Source: Methanobacteriota archaeon
GTDB taxonomy: Archaea > Halobacteriota > Methanomicrobia > Methanomicrobiales > Methanocorpusculaceae
Length of the DNA: 64,000 nucleotides
Reading direction: 5' to 3'
NCBI GenBank assembly: GCA_023396065.1
Contig: JAEWXF010000025.1
Coordinates: forward strand, 1,201-65,200
Under the pieces are notes generated by a model, which saw nothing but the letters and a program-made list of their open reading frames with translations, was not told where the DNA came from and made no database searches. A program made the translations under genes and the position numbers. How positions within the stretch are numbered: position 1 is the first letter of the stretch; every line of letters begins with the position of its first letter. This document shows positions 1 through 9,692 of this stretch, piece by piece.

Positions 1-284
1 TATACCTCCGGATAGGGCATACCTGCCGGATTTTCCGGATGATAATGTCCTTTGGTTTTGGTATACTCCCCGTTATAGATTCCCGGCGGAATGACCGTGA
101 TATCATATCTGAGATGATGGCGTTCCAGCCAGGTGTGATCCCCGTGTGTTCTCCAGAGATCACGATACATATAGTAGAGCGGCGTTTCCGGAGCAGCGGT
201 CGGGGGTACAGCGAAGACATTTGCCATATCGGCTATAGTTCTGATACCAGGGTCCGGGAGGGAACCCGACCAGTATTTTCTCAT
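1..284 (-). CDS. Cupin-type (archaeal) glucose-6-phosphate isomerase, 5' part; runs off the window edge
   Basis: Not in the ORF track. Manual translation from ATG at 284: MRKYWSGSLPDPGIRT...PLYYMYRDL...LRYDITVIPPG...EYTKTKGHYHPENPAGMPYPEV. The TKGHYH...YPE cupin metal motif is characteristic of cupin PGIs. Confidence 0.85.
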   Translation of the reverse strand, partial: MRKYWSGSLPDPGIRTIADMANVFAVPPTAAPETPLYYMYRDLWRTHGDHTWLERHHLRYDITVIPPGIYNGEYTKTKGHYHPENPAGMPYPEV

Positions 285-463
285 GCGTATAGTGTATCAC
301 TTTTCTGATATATGGACAATTTGGTTTGGTTGGGACGTCTCTTCAGATTGCTCTCTGTCATGTACTGGTGACATTCCTCATCCACTTCGGGATATATACG
401 GCAGAAATTTTGTATAATCTGCCTATGCACAGATTCATGTCTGCACATGAGAACAGTAATCAG

Positions 464-1006
464 ATGAATTTTTCCCATGAGCCGGACGACGGGATATCAC
501 AGCCGGTTGCAGTCCTGCTTCTTACAGCGATCACAGTTATCTTCGCCGCAATCCTGCTCGCCCTGATTCTGGGAATGCTGCCGGTCACCGTTGTCCCGTA
601 TGAGATACCTGAGGTTCTGGCAATCACAGATATCCGGCACACAAATCCCGACGGAAAGGTGACATATGCCAGCATCGTGCGTCTGCAGCATGTAGGGATT
701 ACCCCATTGTGGAACGCGGATCATCGTGCTGAATTATATGTGAACGGGGTGTTGAAATATGCCGTCATCTCCACATTGCAGGGACATGAATTTATTTCCA
801 CTCATCACTACGGCGTTGCCACTCTTGCTGGAACCGGCATAAAAGGGTATCAGTGGCTGCCGGGTCAGTGGGGTCTGGTAAACTTTGCCGATCAGACGAT
901 CTTACCAAACGATCAGGTAGAGATACGGATACTTTGCATCTCCGAAAACCGGACCATATCAAAATCGGTCCGATATGCGCCGCCGCTCAGCGGATCCCTT
1001 AATTAG
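464..1006 (+). CDS. Archaeal type IV pilin-like protein (class III signal peptide, DUF1628-like N-terminus)
   Basis: DDG/ISQPVAVLLLTAITVIFAAILLALILG resembles the archaeal pilin N-terminal motif, followed by a beta-rich domain. Start uncertain (437 or 464). Confidence 0.7.
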   Translation: MNFSHEPDDGISQPVAVLLLTAITVIFAAILLALILGMLPVTVVPYEIPEVLAITDIRHTNPDGKVTYASIVRLQHVGITPLWNADHRAELYVNGVLKYAVISTLQGHEFISTHHYGVATLAGTGIKGYQWLPGQWGLVNFADQTILPNDQVEIRILCISENRTISKSVRYAPPLSGSLN

Positions 1007-1569
1007 AGACCGCAGACCTCACGCAGATAAGCTGCCGCCTCCTTTTCCCGTGCCCCGCCGCACTTCGCAACAAGTCCCAGATGGTACTCAAGCAGAAACT
1101 TCAGCTCCGGATCATGAGTACGGACATACCGGGTCGCATGCACCGAAGCATCAATCACACTATTAAATCCCCGGTTCACCGGCCGCACTCCCTCCCGCAC
1201 ATACTCCGATGCAACCGGCATCAGCTCCACAAAATATGCATCCTGTGTCTCACGGAGAATCTTCGTCCGGAACCCCATCCATGCATCAGCACTGATAAGC
1301 CACTGCATCTGCATCCCGTCCACACAGACCGTCCGGAGATCCGCCGTATCTACATCAGAAAACGCATACAGCGCATACAAATAGGCATCACTCACAAAGT
1401 TCGCCGTCAGCCACCCGGACTCCCGGACATTCTCCGCAGTCCGGGAACCCTTATACAGCACCATCCGCGGCATCTGTCCCGGCTTCACAATAATACCCAT
1501 TGGCGCCGCATTACCTTGCGTAACCGCAATTATCTCCGTAATACCTTCCGTTACCAGTCCCATTTCCAT
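1003..1569 (-). CDS. DUF447 family protein (split-barrel, FMN-binding-like)
   Basis: EGITEIIA...NAAPMGI...LYKGSRTAEN...PVNRGFNSVIDASVHATR...KCGG pattern. Confidence 0.8.
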   Translation of the reverse strand: MEMGLVTEGITEIIAVTQGNAAPMGIIVKPGQMPRMVLYKGSRTAENVRESGWLTANFVSDAYLYALYAFSDVDTADLRTVCVDGMQMQWLISADAWMGFRTKILRETQDAYFVELMPVASEYVREGVRPVNRGFNSVIDASVHATRYVRTHDPELKFLLEYHLGLVAKCGGAREKEAAAYLREVCGL

Positions 1570-2387
1570 CCCTCCAGAAGTGCCGTAAAAATTCCTGCAA
1601 TACAGATATCAGCAAGGGAACCCGGATTGATACCTTCCGCAATACAGTCCGCATCAAACACAGCCAGAGAATACTCTCCGGCACACACCCGCTGCGCCTG
1701 CCGCATCACACGAACCGCCGTCTCCTCATCAAACTTCTTCACCACAAACGTATCCGGGTGCGCTGCAAGCAGGCGTACAAACATCCGGGAAATATTCTCC
1801 GACCCCGGCCCCAGCTCATGCAGAATATCCGCCGCCTCCCGGGTCAGCGCAAAACCGTTCGTCCACTCGCGGGCAACCATATCATGAGACGCAGAGTATG
1901 CCATCACATCGTACATCGTCATCCCTTTCTCCTCCAGCATCCGGACCGACGCAGGATCATTCACATCCATCGGATCCTCATCCCGGACACGCACCTGCGT
2001 CAGGCCGAATGCCTCATAAAACCGGACCGCATCAGAAACGGTCGTACGACGCACAACCTCCGCAGCTCCCGCAACACCTTTCCCGGCAATCAGCGGAAAC
2101 AACAGAATAAACGCGCCAAAATGGGTATTTCCCCCGTTATGCATATTTGTCCGGGCAACAGCCGCCTTCATCGCCTCCCCGATCGAAAGCCTCCCGGCAT
2201 CCGCATCCGCAAAAACCGGACCTGCCAGAACTGCGGACGCCAGAAAATGCTGAAGCCGCGTATCCTCATAATCATGGCACCGGTCAACATTCCCCGGCTT
2301 CTGTGACGCTGAAACCTCCAGAAGCATCGCAAACTGTGCCAGCTCGGCACAGGTCATACCCTCAGCAGTCTGAGGGCACATCCGCAA
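1551..2387 (-). CDS. CitG-like triphosphoribosyl-dephospho-CoA synthase family protein
   Basis: LLEVSASQKPGNVDR, NTHFGA and NPGSLAD motifs of the archaeal CitG family. Confidence 0.85.
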   Translation of the reverse strand: MRMCPQTAEGMTCAELAQFAMLLEVSASQKPGNVDRCHDYEDTRLQHFLASAVLAGPVFADADAGRLSIGEAMKAAVARTNMHNGGNTHFGAFILLFPLIAGKGVAGAAEVVRRTTVSDAVRFYEAFGLTQVRVRDEDPMDVNDPASVRMLEEKGMTMYDVMAYSASHDMVAREWTNGFALTREAADILHELGPGSENISRMFVRLLAAHPDTFVVKKFDEETAVRVMRQAQRVCAGEYSLAVFDADCIAEGINPGSLADICIAGIFTALLEGWKWDW

Positions 2388-3477
2388 AAACCTGCTTCAT
2401 GATCTTCTCGGATAGATCACGCTTCAGCATCATATACTCACTCTTTGGCAACGACAACGACTTCAGCGTCATATCACGGAACATACAGGGAGTTGACGCC
2501 TTACAGCACCAGGCAAGACCCCCGAAACAGGTATGACTCCCCTGAGCAAGCACCGTTCCTTTTGCCAGTCCCTCCTTCAGCCCCAGATACTCCTGCCGGC
2601 TCATACCAATCGTCTCCAGCGTCGGCAGAAGTGGACACTGCTTCACCGGCATACAGCAGAACGTCAGTGACCGGAGATCCCCGCCGCGGCACAACTGCTT
2701 CGGCGCATTATACCAGCCGTTCTCCTCCTCCGTCGCCCGGATATACCGGTCGAGCAGCTGCAGAGTACTCACATCCGCAGACCGGGCAAGTGAAACCAGA
2801 TCCGCACCATGGGAAAACATATCCATCATCCGGTCCGGAGTACTAATCCCGTTGTTCGCAATCAGAATCAGCGGACAGCTGTTGCGTATCTGGCGGATAC
2901 GCGTATAGCCCGTATCCATCAGATCCACATGTAAAATATCAGCCCCGGCCACCCACAGTTCCCGCGCCAGCCGGCGGTCATCCACCACGCCGGCCCGCAT
3001 CTTTACCGACACGCACACGCCTTCCGCATGCAGGGCGCGGACAATATCGCACAGAGCATCAGAGTTCTGCAGCAGATACTCACCGCAGTGGGCATCGATC
3101 ATCGGCTGCTGGCGGCAGTGAGCATCAATCTCATAAATAACCGACGTCCCGAATTCGCGGGCTGCCGCAACATATGCCTCCGGGGTGGACCCGCGAAGAT
3201 TCAGACCCAGAACCACATCCGTCCCGTCCAGCATCGCAATCTCGGTCGCAATTGCATCAAGATCATCCTCAAACTCGGTCCTGCCTGACTCTTTCATTTC
3301 CTTTGCCGCAGACCGGGTTGCATCGTCCAGAGAATATCCCCCGATAAACGCAGCGCCGACATGACTGCTCCGTTGAAGAACATACTCAGCATTGGTGATT
3401 CCCGCCATAGACGCGAGAACCACCGGCGTTTTTACCGGCTTTCCGTTCAGGGATAAAAATCTGTTCGACGCATGCAT
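2362..3477 (-). CDS. Methanogenesis marker domain 9 protein (Dus/NifR3-like TIM barrel fused to a Cys-rich C-terminal domain)
   Basis: N-terminal LASMAGIT...EIDAHCRQ...ILHVD...IANNGI. C-terminal CRGGDLRSLTFCCMPVKQCPL and TCFGGLAWCCKASTPC. Start placed at ATG 3477. Confidence 0.85.
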   Translation of the reverse strand: MHASNRFLSLNGKPVKTPVVLASMAGITNAEYVLQRSSHVGAAFIGGYSLDDATRSAAKEMKESGRTEFEDDLDAIATEIAMLDGTDVVLGLNLRGSTPEAYVAAAREFGTSVIYEIDAHCRQQPMIDAHCGEYLLQNSDALCDIVRALHAEGVCVSVKMRAGVVDDRRLARELWVAGADILHVDLMDTGYTRIRQIRNSCPLILIANNGISTPDRMMDMFSHGADLVSLARSADVSTLQLLDRYIRATEEENGWYNAPKQLCRGGDLRSLTFCCMPVKQCPLLPTLETIGMSRQEYLGLKEGLAKGTVLAQGSHTCFGGLAWCCKASTPCMFRDMTLKSLSLPKSEYMMLKRDLSEKIMKQVFADVPSDC

Positions 3478-3508
3478 AGATTCTGTATGTATTAGTCTTC
3501 TCCGGTAT

Positions 3509-3976
3509 TTAGTCTGACGGAGGGGCAAGGGACGTCAGGTGATACCCATACGGCATACGCTCAAGGGGAATCCCTTTTCGGAACTCATCAAGAGTTATAC
3601 TTGCCTGTGTCCCGAAAAACTCCAGCACCTGCTCCCACGGCAGCAGATATGCCTCATTTTTCGGCCCTATACCACGGAACTCCGCCGCCAGAAATCCCCG
3701 ACGCCCCGTATACTTCAGAAAACCTGAGATATTATCGACCTGATGAACGCCGTTCTTATCCTTATGAAAATTACTGGTGAAAAACAGACGTTTTCCCTTC
3801 AGGGATTTACACTCAATGGCAAGATAAAATGCAGGATCCAGTGAATCGACGATGATATCCACATACTGGGTATTGAAATGCGCCTGTTTGAGACGGTACG
3901 CAAACCCCCGCATCCGGTGCTCGGTGAAGTAGCGGTTCATACAGATCACCATCTCACGTTCGAAATCATTTGCCAT
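3509..3976 (-). CDS. Holliday-junction-resolvase-like PD-(D/E)xK nuclease
   Basis: MANDFERE...VDIIVDS...LAIECKS catalytic arrangement; Hjc/RecU-like size. Confidence 0.75.
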   Translation of the reverse strand: MANDFEREMVICMNRYFTEHRMRGFAYRLKQAHFNTQYVDIIVDSLDPAFYLAIECKSLKGKRLFFTSNFHKDKNGVHQVDNISGFLKYTGRRGFLAAEFRGIGPKNEAYLLPWEQVLEFFGTQASITLDEFRKGIPLERMPYGYHLTSLAPPSD

Positions 3977-4106
3977 GCTGGTTGTCAGAATCATGTTTCA
4001 TCTGAAACCTGATGAAGCGATCGGGTTTTCCGGCAGAACGCGAGTGCTACGAATACTTCTAAAAATTCACACTGATTTTTAACCTCCGGGCGCCTATATT
4101 CTAGGT

Positions 4107-4514
4107 ATGAGCAAGAAAGGTCTCCTGCTGGTCGGCCACGGAAGCAGACTGCAGTATAATAAAGAGCTGATCACAACCACCGCACGCATGATGGAGGAGA
4201 TGAGCGACAAATACCTGATTAAATCCTGCTTTATGGAAAACAGTGTCCCAACCGTTCCGGAAGGCCTGGATGCCATGCGGCAGGAGGATCTGGACCTGCT
4301 GGTTGTCGTCCCGCTGTTCCTTGCCAAAGGAATTCACGTCCTGCGAGATATTCCCGGTCTGCTCGGTCTTGCAGGCGGCAGTTACAAAGGAACCTTTGTC
4401 CTTGCTTCCGGAAAAGAAATTCCGGTTGTCTATGCTGAACCGATCGGTATCGACCCGCTGCTTGCCGAGCTGATGCTCAAAAATGCGGATAAAGCACTGG
4501 AAACCCATCTGTAA
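4107..4514 (+). CDS. cfbA: Sirohydrochlorin nickelochelatase (F430 biosynthesis)
   Basis: LLVGHGSR...VPLFLAKGIHVLRDIP...YAEPIGIDP small CbiX-type chelatase heading the cfb operon. Confidence 0.92.
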   Translation: MSKKGLLLVGHGSRLQYNKELITTTARMMEEMSDKYLIKSCFMENSVPTVPEGLDAMRQEDLDLLVVVPLFLAKGIHVLRDIPGLLGLAGGSYKGTFVLASGKEIPVVYAEPIGIDPLLAELMLKNADKALETHL

Positions 4515-4525
4515 GCAGGCACGGG

Positions 4526-5698
4526 ATGCGGGTACTCGTTCTTGATACGATTCACGGCGGTTCCGTTCTGGCTGACGCCCTTCGGAGTCGTGGGGATACG
4601 GTTGATGCGGTTGATGTCTACCGGAATTCGGCCTTCCCGGCAGAGCTTGCTGCACAGAAGACCTATGATCTGACCACGGCCCCCGTTCATCTGGACCCTG
4701 CATACCCGCTTCTGCAGAGAACGCCGGTACTTACCCATCATGAACTGACGGGTCGGCTGGTAACCCCGCCAAAGCTCTCCATAGAGATTACCGGAGCGCG
4801 GGGCAAAACAACGACGGCATTTGCCGTAGCCCACATTCTTGACGGTCCCGGAGTTCTGCATACCAGCAGCGGGACTTTTTTGTATCCGTCCCGCGAGTTT
4901 CTTTTCAAAAAAAGCATCACGCCGGCATCGGTCATCCCGGCAGCCGCCGAGGCGCTCCGGCATCATGCGGACTGGCTGGTTGCAGAGGAGTCTGCCGGTG
5001 TCTGCGGGTTTGGAACACTCGGGATTCTCACATCCGACGGTGACTATCCGATTGCCGCAGGAAAACGCAGTGCCCTTGCAGCGAAACGGGAAAGTCTCAG
5101 ACGCTGTAGATCCGTTCTCGTTCCGGACGGTATTCCGAAAGAATCCGGCTGGTATGCAGTGGGAGACCTCGTTTCCGTCAGGGGAGATACTCTTTTCTGG
5201 GACGGCGGCGAGATACACAATCCCCTGCTGACCCTTTCGGGATACCGCTCAGCCCTTGCGACCGCTGCTGCCGCCGGTGTCCTGCTGGGCCTGCCGGTGG
5301 AAAGACTTGGCTCCTTTGAAGCCCTGCCCGGACGAATGCATCTGTCATTGTCCGGCGATGTTCCGGTTCTGGACAATGCCGGAAGCGGAACAAATGCGGA
5401 CAATGCAATCGAAGCGGCAGCATACCTGCGCCGTCAGCATCCGTCCCACAAAATCGTCCTCGTCATCGGCATGGAGGAGCACGCGGTCTGTGAGGGTTTT
5501 CCTCCGGACGAGATCGTTCGTGCGGTCAGGACCATTGGCCCGGCCCGGCTGATTCTCATCAGCGGTGCGGATGAGGTATCGCTGTCCTGCCCGGCGGATG
5601 CGGTCTGCCGGACCCTCGCTGAGGCAAAAGAGACCGCCTTCGGCTATGCGGAAGAATTACACGGCAGTATTCTGTTTGCCGTAAAAACATGGAGATAA
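4526..5698 (+). CDS. cfbE: Coenzyme F430 synthase (Mur-ligase-like)
   Basis: LDTIHGG, PVHLDP, IEITGARGKTTT, SITPAS, VCEG motifs; operon context. Confidence 0.92.
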   Translation: MRVLVLDTIHGGSVLADALRSRGDTVDAVDVYRNSAFPAELAAQKTYDLTTAPVHLDPAYPLLQRTPVLTHHELTGRLVTPPKLSIEITGARGKTTTAFAVAHILDGPGVLHTSSGTFLYPSREFLFKKSITPASVIPAAAEALRHHADWLVAEESAGVCGFGTLGILTSDGDYPIAAGKRSALAAKRESLRRCRSVLVPDGIPKESGWYAVGDLVSVRGDTLFWDGGEIHNPLLTLSGYRSALATAAAAGVLLGLPVERLGSFEALPGRMHLSLSGDVPVLDNAGSGTNADNAIEAAAYLRRQHPSHKIVLVIGMEEHAVCEGFPPDEIVRAVRTIGPARLILISGADEVSLSCPADAVCRTLAEAKETAFGYAEELHGSILFAVKTWR

Positions 5699-5699
5699 T

Positions 5700-6770
5700 A
5701 TGACAATGAAATATGTGCAGCCGCGTCCCAGCTCAATTGTTGCTGCGTTGTACACGCTGCGTGACCTGAATGTGGACCTTGCAATACTTCACGGACCGTC
5801 GGGCTGTTCGTTCAAACATGCCAGACTTCTGGAAGAGGACGGCATTCGTGTTCTGACCACATCACTGGGGGACGAGGAGTTTATCTTCGGCGGTCAGCGG
5901 CTGCTGGAAGATGTCCTGCAGTATGCGGAGAAGGAGTTCTCCCCGAAACGCATGGCGGTCGTCGGGACCTGTGTCTCGATGATCATCGGTGAGGATATGG
6001 AGGCGGCAATTGAGGCGTCCGGCATCACGACTCCGGCGATCGCCGTGAATATTCATGCAGGATTCCGGGAAAATATTGACGGCGTACTCGCCGCACTGGA
6101 ACCTGCGGCACAGATCGGCTGGATCAGTGCAGAGGAACTGGAACGGCAGCGGCGGGTGCTGGCTGCCGCAAATGCGACTGAGCGGGCCCGCGGCGCTGCC
6201 TGCAAGACCTATATTGCTCCGTCCCGGGGAGATCTTAAACATGTTGCGGCGGCTGAACTGCTTCGGCTGGCACGATCCGGCAAAAAAGGTATGGCAGTCA
6301 TGAATGCCAAAAAGGAGACCGCCTATATGTTTGCCGACGAGCTTCTTGCACTGCATGACGTTGCAGCGGATGCGGACATCACCTATGTTGCGAATCTGGA
6401 ACAACGCGGCCTGCCGAAGGTCCGGGGTGATGCGGCGGCGATTCTCGCGGAGATGCAGGCACGCGGGGTTGATCCGGTCTGCTGCGGGGCACTGGATGAG
6501 TACGGGGAAAACGGTCCGGCGGTTGCAGAACTGATTGCAAAGACCGGGCCGGAGTTTCTGCTGCTTGCAGGCGTTCCGCATGCGTTGGATCCTGCGGCAC
6601 TGGAAGGAATTACGGTGTTTTCCATAACGAACGGGCCCCGGCAGGTGGCGCCGTTAAAGGAGCAGGGCCACTCTCATGTGATGGTGGAGATTGATCTGCA
6701 TCCAAAAACGCTTGGCGTTCATGAAATCGTGGAAAGCGAGTTCGGTGCGGTGCTCCGGAGCCTGCGATGA
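5700..6770 (+). CDS. cfbD: Ni-sirohydrochlorin a,c-diamide reductive cyclase, catalytic (NifD-like) subunit
   Basis: QPRPSSIVAALYTLRDL, HGPSGCSFKHARLLEEDG, GTCVSMIIGED, DLHPKTLG. Confidence 0.95.
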   Translation: MTMKYVQPRPSSIVAALYTLRDLNVDLAILHGPSGCSFKHARLLEEDGIRVLTTSLGDEEFIFGGQRLLEDVLQYAEKEFSPKRMAVVGTCVSMIIGEDMEAAIEASGITTPAIAVNIHAGFRENIDGVLAALEPAAQIGWISAEELERQRRVLAAANATERARGAACKTYIAPSRGDLKHVAAAELLRLARSGKKGMAVMNAKKETAYMFADELLALHDVAADADITYVANLEQRGLPKVRGDAAAILAEMQARGVDPVCCGALDEYGENGPAVAELIAKTGPEFLLLAGVPHALDPAALEGITVFSITNGPRQVAPLKEQGHSHVMVEIDLHPKTLGVHEIVESEFGAVLRSLR

Positions 6771-8134
6771 AGTCTCTGCTGATCTCAGGGGACCGGTCGG
6801 GTGCAGGGAAAACCAGTGTGACGCTGGCCATCGCCGGACTTTTATCCCGTGAGTCGGTTGTACAGACCTACAAGGTAGCGATGGACTACATCGATACCTC
6901 CTATCTTGCAGGAGTTACCCACAGGCCGTCGTATAATCTGGATACGTTTGTCCAGACCGCGGAGGAGACGTCCGGCCTGTTTTCCTACGGCTCGTCCGGT
7001 GCGGACTACGGCATTGTGGAGGGAGTCCGGGGGCTGTATGAGGGACTTGAGGCGCTGACCGATGTCGGCAGTACGGCGTCGATTGCGAAGCGGTTTGGTC
7101 TGCCGGTCGTCCTGGTGATCAATGCCCGGAGTATTACCCGGAGTGCTGCGGCACTGGTGAAAGGGTTTCAGGCGTTTGATCCGGATGTACGGATCAAGGG
7201 TGTGATTCTCAATAATGTGATGGGTGCCCGTCATGTGCAGAAAGCGAAGACGGCGATTGAGGAGTACTGCGGGATTCCGGTTCTGGGAGCGGTGCCGCGA
7301 CAGCCTGAGATGGAGCTGGCGATGCGGCATCTGGGTCTGGTTCCCTATCGTGAGGGTTCGGAGAATGCGGAGTTCCATGAGAGAATTGAGGTTATCACGG
7401 ATGTTATCGGGGAGTATGTGGACATCGATGCGGTCAGGGCACTGGCCGAAGATGTGACGCCGGTCCCAAATGCGGTGACCGGGTTTCTGCAGCGGACGCC
7501 CGGTACCGGGAAGAAAATCGCGGTTGCCTATGATGAGGCGTTTAACTTTTATTACGGGGAGCTTGCTGCGGTGCTGGGCGGACTGGGTGCTGAGGTGGTC
7601 CGGTTCAGTCCGATTCACGATCGTCTGCCGGATGCGGACGGCTATATCTTCGGCGGCGGGTATCCTGAGCTGTATCCCGCAGAGCTGGAGGCAAATGATT
7701 CCCTGCGGGAGGCGGTCCGTGAGACTGCAAAGAACGATGTGCCGATCTATGCGGAGTGCGGCGGACTGATGTATCTGACCCGGTCGATTGCGTTTCCCGA
7801 CGGGTGGCAGAATCACTCTCCGGGGGACCGGTATGCGATGTGCGGGGTGTTTGCCGGTGACACGAGAATGCCGGTGAAGAAGTCCCTCGGATATGTGACC
7901 GGGACGGCGTCGCTTCCGGGAGGAGAGTTTTCGTTCCGGGGTCATGAGTTCCATTACAGTGCGGTTACGATGGATGCGGATGCCCGGTATCGGTATGCGT
8001 TGTCCCGCGGGAACGGTATTGCCGGTGGAAAAGACGGAGCGATGGTTCATCATACGCTCGGCGCCTATACCCACCTGATGCCGGTTTCTTCACGGGCAAT
8101 ACTCGGGAGTTTCTTCGGGCTGGAGAGTGTATGA
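6767..8134 (+). CDS. cfbB: Ni-sirohydrochlorin a,c-diamide synthase (CbiA/CobB-like amidotransferase)
   Basis: GDRSGAGKT P-loop, VEGVRGLYEG, AFNFYY, YAECGGLMYL, GHEFHYS; ATGA overlap with cfbD. Confidence 0.93.
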   Translation: MKSLLISGDRSGAGKTSVTLAIAGLLSRESVVQTYKVAMDYIDTSYLAGVTHRPSYNLDTFVQTAEETSGLFSYGSSGADYGIVEGVRGLYEGLEALTDVGSTASIAKRFGLPVVLVINARSITRSAAALVKGFQAFDPDVRIKGVILNNVMGARHVQKAKTAIEEYCGIPVLGAVPRQPEMELAMRHLGLVPYREGSENAEFHERIEVITDVIGEYVDIDAVRALAEDVTPVPNAVTGFLQRTPGTGKKIAVAYDEAFNFYYGELAAVLGGLGAEVVRFSPIHDRLPDADGYIFGGGYPELYPAELEANDSLREAVRETAKNDVPIYAECGGLMYLTRSIAFPDGWQNHSPGDRYAMCGVFAGDTRMPVKKSLGYVTGTASLPGGEFSFRGHEFHYSAVTMDADARYRYALSRGNGIAGGKDGAMVHHTLGAYTHLMPVSSRAILGSFFGLESV

Positions 8135-8331
8135 ACGGCAAAGTCCGGAAAGATATCAAAATCGGTGCGGCGGTTGCGATTGTGCTGAAAAAAGATCAGC
8201 CGACAGGGGCGCTGACATGGGGGAGGGTGGCGGCGATTCTGACGAACTCACCAACGCATCCTCACGGGATAAAGGTGCGGCTGACCGACGGGTCCGTGGG
8301 GCGGGTTCAGGAAATTTATCAGGATGAGTAG
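8131..8331 (+). CDS. YwbE / DUF2196 family small protein
   Basis: IVLKKDQPTGALTWGRV...LTNSPTHPHGIKVRLTDGSVGRVQEI signature; ATGA overlap with cfbB stop. Confidence 0.85.
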   Translation: MNGKVRKDIKIGAAVAIVLKKDQPTGALTWGRVAAILTNSPTHPHGIKVRLTDGSVGRVQEIYQDE

Positions 8332-8377
8332 ACAGGCAGATTGGATTTTCTGCCGGTATACACTTGGGTTCACTGAA

Positions 8378-9043
8378 TTATTTCCCGACGATGACCGTTG
8401 TTTTATTGATCATATGCGCAAAAATTCCACAGCCCAGAACACCCGGAATATTGTTTATGGCCTCTTCCAGAGCGGCAGGGTCCGCAATCGCGCCAAAGGC
8501 ACAGTCGATGACATAATTGCCGTTGTCGGAGATGACCGGCCCGTCCTTCTTTACTCCGTTCCGCATCACCGGCTCGCCACCCAGCTCCCGGAGCCTGCGG
8601 GCCACGCTGCCGTACGCAAACGGCAGGACTTCGACCGGTACCGCCGCATCCAGTCCGGTAACCTGCTTACCGGCATCAATTACGACAACAAACTGTTTTG
8701 CCGCATCTGCCACAACCTTTTCCCGCAGATGAGCCGCGCCCCGGCCTTTGATCATCCGTTTTGCCGGATCCACCTGATCCGCACCGTCAATTGCCAGATC
8801 AAGCTCTGAATGCAGCGTCATCGTCGTCAGCGGAATACCGTATTCCTCGGCCCGCATTGCCGTCTGATTCGACGTAGGCACGCCGAGAATCTGCAGCCCC
8901 TCCGTCCGGATCCGCTCTCCCAGCCTCTCCATCGCAAAAAAAACCGTAGAACCGGTACCAAGACCGACCACCATACCATCCTTCACCATGTCTGCCGCGC
9001 GAACGCCGGCATCTCTCTTCGCTGCAACTACTGGGTCACTCAT
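8378..9043 (-). CDS. rpiA: Ribose-5-phosphate isomerase A
   Basis: GLGTGST, DLAIDGAD, IKGRGAA.LREK, VPVEV, SDNGN motifs. Confidence 0.95.
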   Translation of the reverse strand: MSDPVVAAKRDAGVRAADMVKDGMVVGLGTGSTVFFAMERLGERIRTEGLQILGVPTSNQTAMRAEEYGIPLTTMTLHSELDLAIDGADQVDPAKRMIKGRGAAHLREKVVADAAKQFVVVIDAGKQVTGLDAAVPVEVLPFAYGSVARRLRELGGEPVMRNGVKKDGPVISDNGNYVIDCAFGAIADPAALEEAINNIPGVLGCGIFAHMINKTTVIVGK

Positions 9044-9692
9044 AATAATCCCGTATGTCAGCCTTGGCATATAAGCACTTGGAGACTTTGCATGCTGAAA
9101 GCGTCATCCCAAATCCACTCTTCTTTTTGTAAACTAAATATCGTTTATTTATTTAATTTTTTAAACAAATATCATTAATACTATGAGTGCCATATACTTC
9201 TCTGTAGCGTTTGGGAGGGGTCAAACCCAAAGCACACAAACATTTCCCCTCCCGGCGTTACTGTTTCAAAAGAATAGCCATTCGCTGAATACAGGGAACA
9301 GAACTCCATATGTTTTGCATCCGGAAGAATGAACGTCCACCACACAGCACCATTTCCATCGTCGTCTCCGGAATCATTTCCCGCACAAACCCCTCTGTAA
9401 CCTCGGAAAAACCAAGGAAAGAAACACCTACTTTTTTTCAATGGATATACAATTTATATCGCTTGGAACCAAACACACGTATCAAAAATTTCTGGAACGT
9501 ACCAATGGTTCTCCCGCCTATGCCGTAACAGATATTGCGGACTACAAATCAGGAAAACATCATCTTTCACGAATGACATGAAGTTGTCCGGACTGGAGAG
9601 ATTTCCGACATCTGAAAAAAATTCAGCAGATTCTTTGGTATGTTTATGTATTTTCCAAGATTTCATATATCTCAACGTGGTTACAATAGCAT

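Noticed and set aside
6842..8074. Long antisense ORFs opposite real genes (also 21852-22856, 31383-32837, 38122-39099, 42965-43906)
   Set aside because: No recognisable motifs; typical shadow frames of GC-rich coding DNA
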